Below are positions 36,205 through 47,800 of a stretch of DNA of 50,816 nucleotides, piece after piece. Under the pieces are notes generated by a model. It had not been told where the DNA came from. It did no database searches and saw nothing but the letters and a program-made list of their open reading frames with translations. A program made the position numbers and the translations under genes. Source of the stretch: Chromera velia (Eukaryota); NCBI GenBank assembly GCA_018398765.1, contig JAHBMJ010000308.1:1-50816 (forward strand), in the 5' to 3' direction. Position 1 is the stretch's first letter. Each line of letters begins with the position of its first letter.

Positions 36205-36519
36205 TGAGTAGAACATGCCTGCCCTGATGGTCTCAGGATCTGTTGACTGCGTAGTCTTGTTCCAAGCAAGACCTTCGCCATCGTGTCAGTGTGTGCAGGC
36301 TTTCCACACCTCCAGTCTGCTATCGGACGAGCGGGACCCTGCCAGAGGCAGTTCGATTCCTCCCACAGGTGCGTCTGTCTTCCTTCGTTTTTTTTGTCGT
36401 TTGGGTTGTCTGCTGACTTGTGTTGCACCGACTGATGCCCTTGCCTTGCTTGTTAAACATTCTCTAGCTGCTGTCTGGTCACCCGACTTCGATCCTGCCA
36501 GTATGTGCAGAGATGCCTT

Positions 36520-36674
36520 TTCCTTCTGTCTCCCCCCAGAGTTTTCTGTCTGCGGTCCTCTGTGTGGGCATTCAAAAAAATTAAAATAAATTCAAAAAAC
36601 TCAAAATAATTTCAAAGAAATTCCTTCTGTCTCCCCCGGGAGTTTTTTGTCTGCGGTCCTCTGCGTAGGCATTC
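36520..36674. repeat. 54-bp direct duplication around a 47-bp A-rich filler
   Basis: 36520-36573 vs 36621-36674. Confidence 0.9.
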
Positions 36675-36773
36675 TGGCCTTTGGCCTACTCGATCATCAT
36701 GATACGAATTTACCTGTTTTTACGACGTACAGCTTGGGCGGTTTCGGACAAGACGAGGAATCGGCTTGCTCAC

Positions 36774-37932
36774 ATGTACAATGGGAACAGTGCGGGACAG
36801 AGAGGGGAGTCAGATCTGGATGAGGTGAAGCAGGAAATTAGACAGGTGAAGTCGGCAATGGGGGGGTCGACAGTTGAGGCAGAAGTGGAGATCTACAAAG
36901 ACTGGGAGCCGCATCAGCTGAGGAGAGAGCTGGAGCAGCTGAGGGAAAAGGAGAACCTCCTCCTCCGTCAGCAGCAGCCGCATCCCGGTAAATGTCGACG
37001 CGTGCGTTCCCCTGCCTTCCTTCGTTTATGTTGTCTTTTTTAGTATTTTGTTGGTATTCTTTTAGTATTTTTTTGCTTTTCTTCTGGGTAAGTGTTGACG
37101 CGTGCGTTCCCCTGCTTTGTCTTTGTCGCCTGCTCGCCTGTCTGCTTGGCTGGCCTCCTAGACCGTTAGGCAGGTCTTCGTGTCTCTCTCGGCTGCGTGT
37201 GCGCTTTTCGTGTGCCATCCATGGGGGCTTGTCGTGGCCGTCAAGGACCTTCCTTCGTTTATGTTGTATTTTTTGGTATTTTCGTGTGCTGTCCGTGGAG
37301 AGTTGTCATGCCCGTCAAGGACCTCGGCTCTCTGGTTTTCTTCTGGGTCGTGTCACTTGCGTTTGACTCGTCTGACTCGCCCTGGCTTTCCCGGCAGTCT
37401 GACACGTCTTTTTCTTTTTCCGTCGCGACCTCGCCCGAACAAAAACCTCTCCATCATAATTCGGCATCTCCATCTCTTTAAATTGACGTTCGCGTGCTGT
37501 GTGTGACTATTGGTCGGGTGTTCGTGATGGGTGCATAGATGGAACCGTCAGGCAGCGAGCATGCGCTTCTTTTCTGTATTTTTTGGGTATTTTTTCTGTG
37601 TTTTTTGCTTATGGGTGTTCGTGATGGGTACATGGATGGAACCGTTAGGCAGCAAGCATGCATGCTGTGAGAGAAGTGCGTGTGAGCCTGCGTTAATGGG
37701 TCTGGTCTCGGGTTTGGGTGGCCTGTCAAGCTTGAGTGTCGGGTTCCTGGTTGCGCGGTGGTTGGTGCCGGTTGGTGCATGGATGGATGGCACCTGCTAA
37801 TCGTTTGACTGACACGTTCTCCCACTCGTATGTGTGCGAGGCAGAGCAGATTTTGATTTTGGAAGTCGCTTTGCTATGATCTATAGCTTCAGAATCTTCG
37901 TTCACCTCGTGGTCCTTGGGCTTGCGTTCTAG
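36774..37932 (+). CDS. Small coiled-coil protein or relic; exon 36774-36987, tentative second exon 37850-37932 with hydrophobic C-terminus
   Basis: DLDEVKQEIRQVK...LRRELEQLREKENLLLRQQQ has a clear heptad pattern and ends at G|GTAAAT. A phase-1 acceptor at 37849 gives DFDFGSRFAMIYSFRIFVHLVVLGLAF*. Confidence 0.4.
36987..37661. repeat. Three direct duplications (29, 46, 49 bp), each around a T-rich filler
   Basis: 36987-37015/37087-37115; 37205-37250/37279-37324; 37516-37564/37613-37661. Confidence 0.88.
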
Positions 37933-39201
37933 GTTTTCTTCCTTCCAGAGGACGGGAAATGGTTAAAAACGAGCATTGCAACGGCATCTGGAATCACTTC
38001 TGGGTATAGTGCGCTCTTCACCTTCCGTCTCTACTCAAAAGTTTTCTCTTTCACCAGTACAATCGAGGGGGATTTGCGATGGCTCAAGAACAGACTTCAA
38101 CAACGGGCTCAGCAGGAGAGAGAGAGGACAGAAAGAGCTCTTGCGGAGCCAAGCGGACTAAGAAGTGGAGAAGAACGAGCAAGGATGTAAGCTAGCATGC
38201 AGGAAAGGTCGGACAGGTCCTCGAGCTCCGCGTTAATGCAAGAGCTAATGCAAGAGCCTAGAAGAGCTCTTGCTCTCCTCCCTCAATTAAGCTTCAACAT
38301 CCTTTTTGATTTTGCCAAAGAGACTAAAACTAGGACTAAAAACTGGACTAAAAACTTAATTGGTTTGGTCGGTCAGTATTCTCTGTTTCTCAGCTTTTTT
38401 GCTTTGTTCCTTTTCGTCTGGAAAGTGAAACTGAGAGCGCACTTAACAAAAATTGTACCCCCCCAAACCATACGGACGCTCGCACACTGATTGAGCGAAA
38501 AAAAAAATTTAGAAAATGAAAAACGGATCACTCCCAAGGGCCAAGAGGCTAGGTACTTGCATCTTTTCTTTTTTGTAAAACATGTAACTCTCAGTTTAGT
38601 TTTAGGTTTACCAGCTTTAGGTACACAAAGCTAGGCATATACTTTTGAACCCAGTTTTGAACTCCCGGGCTAGCTCCCCGGCAGTCTAACAGGTCGCACA
38701 TTATGTGGCACATACATGCATAGTTTTATTTAATACTAACAGTATTGAAATAAATAGACAATAAGTCAATGAAATTATGTATGACAGACTAATTTAGGGG
38801 ACTATACATGTTGTGACTGTCATTGTTGTCCAAAGTAGCCGGGGGCCAGGGAGCGCCCCCGGGTTAACAGGCAGCCGGGGGCTGCTCCCAGGTCGTTTCT
38901 TGAAATGTTATTAAGTGATCCGGGGGCATATAGGCACCCGGGGCGGCCGGCGCGACGACGACCTCGGGGCGGCGGGGCGTGCGTGCATGAGCGCGACCCC
39001 TTGTCTGACCTATCGCGGGTCCCACTGCATGTGCGCGCGGCGACCTTAGACTGCATGCACGCGCGCGCGGCGTGGCGTCCTTTCCAACTTTAGACAGCAT
39101 AGGACTGTAGTAAATTAAGCCAAGCCTAAGTTGAAGCCTTCAGCCGCTATGAATTGGCTCGGATATAAACAAGACGCATTCCAGCACTCGTAGCCTATAG
39201 G

Positions 39202-42200
39202 TCATTGCCTTGGTTTCATCTTCTTCCTCTTGTGTCTGTCGTCTTCCCCACCTGCCCCTTCGCCTCCCTCCAGCCCTCTCCATCTCCAGAAAGAAACAGG
39301 GGCCAGCGGAATAGACTCTGCACGCGGGCACAAACCGAGAGAAGGAGGGTCATGCAAAGAATGACAGATTTGAGAAGCGGGGAATCAAAAGAAGTTTGCA
39401 GAGAATCAAAAGAAGATCGCAGATTCCTGCAAGAAGACGGCGTGAACAAGAATAAAAGAAGCTGAAAAGGGAGAGGAGTACAGTATTGGCAAGGGCAATG
39501 ATTCAAAAACCGACCTCCGATATCGCTTCCCATCCACTCCCCCTCTCCCTCAAGGATCTTCTCTCCTGTCAGAGGACACACAGGCAGACTCAGTCGCCCA
39601 TCCGTGTCAACAAACAGACACACCCACACAGGCTCATCAGACAGAACACTAGCGTCCCTCTGGTCCGCTTCATTGAACGCCTTCAGGCCCTTCAACCCCC
39701 GTGGGCTTTTCTTGAAGGCAACCACAGACAGGGGCTGCAGAGGCAGCTTGAATTCCTTCGGGGTCCCCAACTGCGCCCCCGTCTCTCCTGCAGCCGATGC
39801 TGCTGCCGGTTGACCGCCGTCCTGTGTGAAAGCCATCAGGACGAAGCCCGAAAGTCTGCATCCTCCCGCATGCAGGCGGGGACAGGGCAGCAGAAATATA
39901 TGCACACATACGCATACACATGCACTCACAAACTCACACATGTGCACAGAGAGAGAGAGAGATCAAGCTTGGAATCACGGTGCGCAAATAAAGAAGCAGT
40001 CCCAGTGAAAAATGAAAGAAGAAAGAAGAGCAAAACAGGCGGCGAGGCACGTGGTAAAACATCTACATCGCGCTGAAGCATGCTTTGCGGCACGGAGATG
40101 GCTTCCCCAAAAACACACATCTTGTCTGACAGCAAACACCAAAAAACAAAAAGAGACGCACCCTTCACAAAGGCAAATGACATGTCCTTCCTGCCCCCCC
40201 CCCTCCGATGGAATCCAAAGAAGTTTGAATGGAATGTGCTGCACACCGGGGGTACAAAACGGAGCATCGCATTGGATCAAAACGCAAGACAACAAACAGA
40301 AACCAAACTGATCAACACTACATAACACTACACACATACGGTCGCGTATTCTCATCTGAATCCTCGATCGACGGTCAAATCCTTCCAATGACGTTCTGTG
40401 CTGCGCTTCTTCATTCACATGTGTCCCTTTTCGTGCCCGTCTACCCCGCTGTCCTTCAGCAATTTGGAACACAAACCAAGGGAATTGCCATGAACAAGGA
40501 AGGAAACCTTCTTTGGAGAGCACACATACCAAGACCGACGGAAAGGCTTAGAGACGAGCAAGGCAGAGATGCCCGAAGGCACGTCGACCTTCCTTCCCCT
40601 CCCCCCCACACACCCACTGACCTCCAATTTGACTGTCTGCAGACAGATTCCCGTCTCGAGATTCCACAGGCGGACAGTCTTGTCTGCAGCTGCAGAGACG
40701 AGGATCTGCGGGAGGCCCTCAGGCTGCAAGAGGCTGGTCACAAACCTGCACACAAAGACAGGACCGTGAAGTTTGCTTGTCTTTTTGCATACACCACTTC
40801 AATTCATGCAACAGAACTTGGAACAGACCAGATGATCTGCAGATTCACTCACAACCACAAGAACAAGAGTAGGAAGGTATGAGACGCATTGGGATGTGAT
40901 CCAAGACAGTACAGCAGAAGGCACATTCAATACCTTGCGTCTTCAACCAGAAAAGCCCTCAACTCGCTTCCTTTTTCTCTGCCCTCTGATTCTCATTCAC
41001 CTCACTCCCCCGATCTCCTTCTCAACTCTCCCTCACTCTCCCTCTCACACTCACTCACTCACTCACTCACTCGCTGTGTCCCAGACAGAAGGTCTGGATG
41101 TCAAAGCACTGCGGCCATGCGCTCACTCGAATTTTTTCGTCCTTGTCTCCGGTGATCACAAACCGCCTGTCCGAAGAGAAGATCTGCGTGCAGTCGTTGG
41201 AAGGAGAAAGCAGGAAAGAGGAAGGGGATGGACAAAGGGAATCAAAAAGAGGACACACGGACGCGACCGTCAGATTTGATTCCGATGGTCTTCCTTCTCA
41301 AATGCGAACTGTATGCATATCAACAAAGCGATAGATGCGAACTGTATGCATATCAACAAAGCGATAGATGCGAATGAAAAAACAAAATGCATCTTTCTTC
41401 CGAGGAAGAGAAACAGGAAGGGGGGGGGCACACTGAAGAGACCAAATTGTAAGAAACCATGCAGCACTTGCACTCTCGCATGTAGTTCCGACTTTCCCAG
41501 GCAAACACAGACTCATGCACTCACTGTTGACACACGTCTGGACGTCCCATATCCTCCAGACACTGATCTACGTGCATGATGAATAGTGCATACGTACAGA
41601 AAATCGATAGAGAGATGCACCCACCATTGCGGTAATAATCGACGCCAGATGACCAATCACAATCTTTCCCTCCCCTTCCCCCTCCTCCTCGTCTTCTTCT
41701 TCTCCCCCCCCCTCCTTTTCTTCCGCATCTCCTCCACCCCCTTCCCCTGTCTCCCCACTTTCCGCTTGCGTCTGCTTCGTCTCAAATTGGCGCACTTCTC
41801 CAAATTTGTCTGCCACTAGAAACGTTTGTTCTCCAGCAAAGAGTGCTGACGTCACCTTCTTTCTCAAACGCCTGCATGCGCACACACACAATTCATGCAA
41901 AAATCCTTTGAAGCATTGTCACAGAAGCCTTTCAGCTTGAACGTCAATTGAGGGCATGGCATGCACATTGTCCCCTCCGCAACGCCCCTTCCGACCCCAC
42001 ACCCGACACCACAAGGGGAACCCATCGAATAAGAACAGAAGAACAAGAAAACAATCGCGGGAGAAAACAAAAAAAGACATTAATCCAAGCTAAAGAAAGG
42101 ATGTGCACCTCCTGCCGACCCACCACTTTCCGACAGTCTCCCAGTTCCCTGCCCTTCTCATCGACACGCACTTCGCGTCATCCCCCACAAGCCAGGAACT

Positions 42201-42833
42201 GGACCCGAACTGCATACAAACGACACCACAAAAAACTCTGGTCACACAGAGTTATAAATGAAGAAGACGGCACATCTTTGTCCGTCCAGCAGAGGGAACC
42301 AAATGAGTGACAGGCGCGTTGCTGCAAAGATAAAAAAATCGGAAGCATGCGACCCTCATGGATGGAGCGGGCGTCAACAAAAGGAAAGTCCAACCGAACG
42401 TGCACCCCACAAAAACTTGGAAAGATGCTCAAGAGGAAGGACCGACACAGCAAGGAAAATGCCCACGAGGGAGCCAGCTAATGGGAGGACGTCACACCCA
42501 GCTCACCTCAAGAGATCTGATCGGCTGTTCGCAGCTGTCGTCTCTCTTCACTTCCCATTCACCTCGTCTGCACCAACCACAGTAAGACGGGGAAAGCGGG
42601 AGGTCTACAGGAACATAGGTCGCACTCATTACATGATTGGGTAGAAAGACGAAGAAAGGGACAAGACGTGCAGTCTCGGGACAAACACATGACGCACACG
42701 TAGACGGGGTGGAGACGGCGACTCACTCCAGGTTCAGTGCGAAAAGAAAACGCCCTGCAGCCCACGCGACGGTGTGTGTCTGTGGGTGGATCGCTGCAGG
42801 AGAGCAGGGCAAGTCGGGTTTGGCTCCCGCCAT
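39202..42833 (-). CDS. WDR4: tRNA (guanine-N7)-methyltransferase non-catalytic WD40 subunit (WDR4/Trm82), 9 exons, ~423 aa
   Basis: Exons 42833-42727, 42567-42507, 42209-42124, 41871-41625, 41183-41071, 40745-40622, 40238-40162, 39855-39515, 39317-39202 are phase-compatible. Motifs VADKFGEV, IGHLASIIT, ITGDKDEKIRVS.WP..FDIQTFCLGHSEFV, LVSAAADKTVRLW. Basic C-terminal KRKK. Confidence 0.92.
41302..41374. repeat. 33-bp intronic tandem duplication
   Basis: ATGCGAACTGTATGCATATCAACAAAGCGATAG x2 + ATGCGAA. Confidence 0.92.
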
Positions 42834-43600
42834 CTCACTCAGAGATCAGCCTCTCCACCTTTATGAAATCCCAAATCCGGATTCGGGTCCTGCGCGAAGC
42901 AGTCCCTCGAAGTCTGTTTCGCAGGTCTGAAATCAAAAAAGTGTTGGCAAAGGCACCAAGGATAATGCAGGATCCTGCTCAAATATACGTGTATGCAGAA
43001 GACGGTGAACAGTGCATTCAGGATTTCAAATCGACGGTCAGTGAAACCTGCTTGTCAGAGAGACTTTTGTGAATCGCAAAGTGGTTGACAAATTGTCCGT
43101 CTCGATCATGCAATCTCATGCAAGCCGTCTCCGCGATCGGCGGGTTCGGATTTTCGGCCGTCTCCGAATTTGAACGCCGTCTCCTTCTGCATGATTCCCA
43201 ATAGACTATCGACACAATCTCTGTTCTTGCTTCACGCGCCATCTGACACGCGTTCCTCAGTGCACACACGCACATTTCGAATGTCTACAGGCACTGCTTG
43301 CCTGCCGACAACTGTTAGCTCTTTCAGCTGTGTCCCTGCAAACGCCTCCCTCCGTCTACGCAGTCGTTTCCGATTCCTGTGAGCTTCTCTCCTTGGGATT
43401 TACCGTGTTCTTTAGTGCACTTTCCCAAGCTTGCACAAGGCTGACTCAGGTTTCCATTTAAGTCACTATAAGCTAGTGCACTGTGCTTGAGTGAGCCCCC
43501 AGTCCGCTTCCTCCAAGCGGGTTAGGTGGAGTCTCGATCTTCTGCGCGTTCCGCTACGGGACTTTGACTCGGAAACCAGGGGGGCGCAGTTGGAAGGAGC
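42834..43600. promoter_or_regulatory. Putative bidirectional promoter / 5' UTRs (WDR4 and INTS11)
   Basis: 767 bp between divergent start codons; positional inference only. Confidence 0.5.
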
Positions 43601-44759
43601 ATGTCGTCTATTCGTGTGACAACCCTGGGGGCAGGGCAGTGCGTCGGGAGATCGTGTGTGGTTGTGCGTCTGGGCGGCCGCACGATCATGTTTGATTGCG
43701 GCATGCACATGGGGGGGGAGGACGAGCGTGTGTACCCGGACTTCACTTTTCTCTCCACCCAGAACGTAGGTAAGGAGGATGCGTTCAATTCTGTGGTGGA
43801 CTGCGTGATCATCACCCACTTCCACCTGGACCACGTCGGCGCATTGCCGTTCTTCACGGAGGTCATGGGGTTCTCGGGACCCGTTTTCATGACATACCCC
43901 ACAAAGGCCATCGCGGGGCTGATGCTGGAGGACTACGCAAAGGTCCGCAGCCATACGTAGTCATGTGTATGCGTTCATATAATTGAACAGAGATCTGTAT
44001 GGGATGAGCTGGGTGCGTGCATAAGTGTGAGTAACGAGGCAGTATGCGAATGTGAGTGGGTGATCAGTGGGTGATCTCAGGGCGTGTGCGTGTGCGTTTT
44101 TGGCTATCTGCGTTCCCTTCTCTGATGCAAACGACTTGTCTGTCCTTGTGATTGCAGCTGCAGAATGTGGCGGCAAAGAGAACCCATGCGGGAACGTCGG
44201 CTGAACCGGGAGGGGGGGACAAGGCCGAGGCATCGTCAGCTTCCCCGACAGGCTACGCTGCCCTGGTCTCCAAGCCGTACACCTCGGAGATGATCAGAGA
44301 CTGTCTTTGCAAGGCTGTGCCGATGCAGCTGAACGAGACGAAGAGGTTCCGGGGAATCTCCATCACGCCCTTCTATGCAGGGCATGTGCTGGGAGCGGCA
44401 ATGTTCGAGGTGCGGGTCGGGGACGAGAGTGTGGTGTACACGGGAGACTACAACATGACGTCGGATAGACACCTAGGGGCTGCACGGGTGAGTGCTTTGA
44501 GTGGGGGCTGCATGGGTGAGTGCCTTGAATGGGGGCTGCACGGGTGAGTGCCTTGAGTGGGAACTGCATGGGTGAGTGCCTTGAGTGGGGGCTGCGTGTG
44601 AAGGGCTTGGCGTGTACCATTTCCCGCTGCTAACCGGGCTGAGGTCGGCCTATCTCTCTTTTTGCCTGTCTTGTGTGCAGGTCTGCTTTCCGGTTTGTAC
44701 GTGATGAGAATGAGACAGAGTGGGGAAAATAATTACACGGCCGATCTCTCTCCCTCTCT

Positions 44760-44799
<40 letters not shown>

Positions 44800-44803
44800 G
44801 TGC

Positions 44804-44838
<35 letters not shown>

Positions 44839-47800
44839 CATGGACGCAGGTGAGGCCCCTACGTCCCCAGATTTTGATCACGGAGTCGACCTACGCGATG
44901 ACCGTGAGGGATTCAAAAAGGCAGAGGGAGAGGGAGTTTTGTGCCCTAGTTTTAGAGACCCTCCGAGCGGGCGGGAAGGTCCTCGTCCCAGTGTTTGCTG
45001 TCGGGAGGGCCCAAGAACTGTGCATCCTTCTGCAGACCTTCTGGAAGAAACTGCAGCTCGACTACCCGATCTTCTTCCTCGGGGCGATGACGGAGAAGGC
45101 AAACAGGTCCGCCCGGTAGGGGAAGAAAGTGCATCTTTCCACCATGAGGGGTGAACCTCATCCGACATTCCCTTCCCTCGTCTTTCCTGAAGAGTCTTAC
45201 TGTTGTTCTCATCATACGGTCTGAACGTGTGGACATCGATCCACCTGGGCCATGGGGGCAATCCTGGGACGTGGTATGAACAACACCCAGAAGCTTCAAG
45301 AATTTGGGACCTTTGGGGTGTGGTTTTCTTGATGCTGGCTTCTCTCTCTCTGTGTGTGTGTGTGTGTGTCGCTCTCCATGCAGATGCTACCGTCTGTTCT
45401 CCTCCTGGACGCGTGAGCAGCTGCAACTTCAATTTCGGCAGTCTGACAGGGACAGAGAGAGGGAAGGTGGTACAGGGGGGGGGGACCTTTTTGACTTCCC
45501 TTCCATCAAGTCAGTCTTCCCTTTGGTCTGTTTCTCTCTTTGCTGTTCTCAACACAGATCAGGGCGTCTGGCCTCCTCTCTGCCGGTCAGTCGCTGCCTG
45601 CTCTCGTCTGTCTACCTGTGTCTACCCACTCATCAACAGGGATCGGGGGGAGGGCGATAGCATGCGCGGCAACAATGCTCTGAGATGCAGCCTGTCTCGA
45701 TCTTTATTTGTTTGTGCCATGGTGCAGGTGAAGCAGTTGCTGTTGTGCGCATCTGATCTGTTTCTCATTTCTGGCCCTTTACATGTGTCATGACGAAAAA
45801 AGTGTGCGCGGAATAGACAGAAAAGCAGGAAACATTTTGCATTGTTGAGCGTCGTAGGCTGGTCCTCACTGAAGCTTCACTGGCCGGCCCATTTACCACC
45901 TGTGCGCAAAACAATAAACTGCATGGATGCATAATGCAGATACGGAGGGCCCCAGACTGCCGGGAACCTTGCCGAAGTGAAGGGGCCCCTAGTCGTCTTT
46001 GCCACTCCAGGGATGCTTCACGCTGGCAGCTCCCTGAAGGCATTCGTAGAGCTAGCACCAGACCCCAAGAACCTTGTGGTCATTCCGGGGTACTGTGTGC
46101 AGGTGAGGGGGGGGGTATGGTCCGAGGTTCTGGGTCTCTCTGTCGTGGTATGAAGATATGACATCAGCAGAAAAGAAATCAAGAAGGCAGATAGACGCGT
46201 GCAGCCACTGAGAGAAAGAGACGGGCAGGCAGTTAGACCAAGAGATGGAAGAGAGGACCTCGTCCGACTCTGTTTCCTGCGGTTCTGCGCCTGCGTTTGC
46301 TTATCCCTCCTTAAAGATGCTTTTTTAAAAAATCAAAAGGCGCCCAGGTCCACTTTGATCGAGAGGGAGTATGAGTGATCCTACAAACTGTCCTGTCGTC
46401 TTCTGTTCTTTCTTTCATGTTCCGTCTAGTCGGAATGGACAAACGGACAAACGAAGGGGCATTTCTGGAAGGGGGGATAGACGGATGGATCCTTGTACGT
46501 ATGTATGGATGGATGGATGTATGAACAGATGGATGCATGGAGAGATGGCTGGATCCTTGTATGGATGGATGGATGGATGGATGGATGGATAAACAGATGG
46601 ATGCATGGAGAGATGGCTGGATCCTTGTATGGATGGATGGATGGATAAACCGATGGATGCATGGAGAGATGGCTGGATCCTTGTATGGATGGATGGATGG
46701 ATGGATAAACAGATGGATGCATGGAGAGATGGCTGGATCCTTGTATGTATGTATGGATGGCTGGATGGGTGGGTGGGTGGGTGGGTGGATGGATGGATGG
46801 ACGGACGGACGGATGGATGGATGGATGGATAGATGGACGGATGGATGATTGCAGGGAACCGTCGGACACAAAATTCAAAACAGTCAGTCAAAAAGGATGC
46901 ATGGTTTTGGGTGCATGCGCAAGCAGACACACTGGACGAGAGAGATGATAAAAACCTTGGGGGCCGATCACATACCAAACACACAGATTGCAAGGTAGCT
47001 ACAGTAAAGTCACCACAGTCAGTAGAGTGGGGATGCAGAGCGAACAAATGCTGCATGCAGAGTGGCCTATACGTCTGTATTGCTGTCTTCCTGTGTTGTC
47101 CTGTATGCAGGCAAGGGACGAGAGGTGCAGATCGACGCCAACACGCGTGTGACCGTCCGTTGCCGTCTCCAGTACCTCTCCTTCTCTGCCCATGCGGACA
47201 GCCGGGGCATCTGCACCCTCATCAAGAGGATGGAACCTGAGTCTGTCGTGCTCGTGCACGGGGCCGTCGAGGGCATGGTGCAGCTGAGGGAGAAGATCGT
47301 CACAGAACTACACATTCCAGTCAGCCTGTCTTGTCTGCCTGCCTGCCTGCCTGCCTGCCTGCCCGTCTGTCTGTCTGTCTGTCTGTCTGTCGATTTGTTT
47401 ATCCTCACGACTTCTTGCTGACTGCCTGCTTAAGTGAATGTGAACACCAGCGCACCTGAGTTTTGTTTTGTGTTTGTAGTCTGTGTTTTCATCGGAGAAT
47501 GTACGTACAGCTCCTGTCGGGAGAATTTGTGGAGGCATGCAGGGATACGCATATCGTCACTCATGCATGAGTGCAAGCATGCGAACTTACATCTACACGT
47601 GAGAGTGATGGAGCCTGTTTGCCCCCCCCCCTCTGTGTGTGTTTGTTTGTGCAGACTTCGTGTCCGGAAGACGGAGAAACGATTGTCTTCAGGAAGAAGA
47701 GGTCCAGCGAGGAGGGCGTAGAGGCTCTGTTTTCCACCTCCCTTTTTCTCCCGTGTCTCTCTATCCCTCGGCCGAAATTCGAAATGGCAAGCACAGGCAA

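Noticed and set aside
36350..36365. tRNA T-loop-like GTTCGATTC
   Set aside because: No T-stem pairing or cloverleaf.
46311..47056. ORFs with HPSI/MDGW repeats
   Set aside because: Translations of the intronic (GGAT)n repeat.
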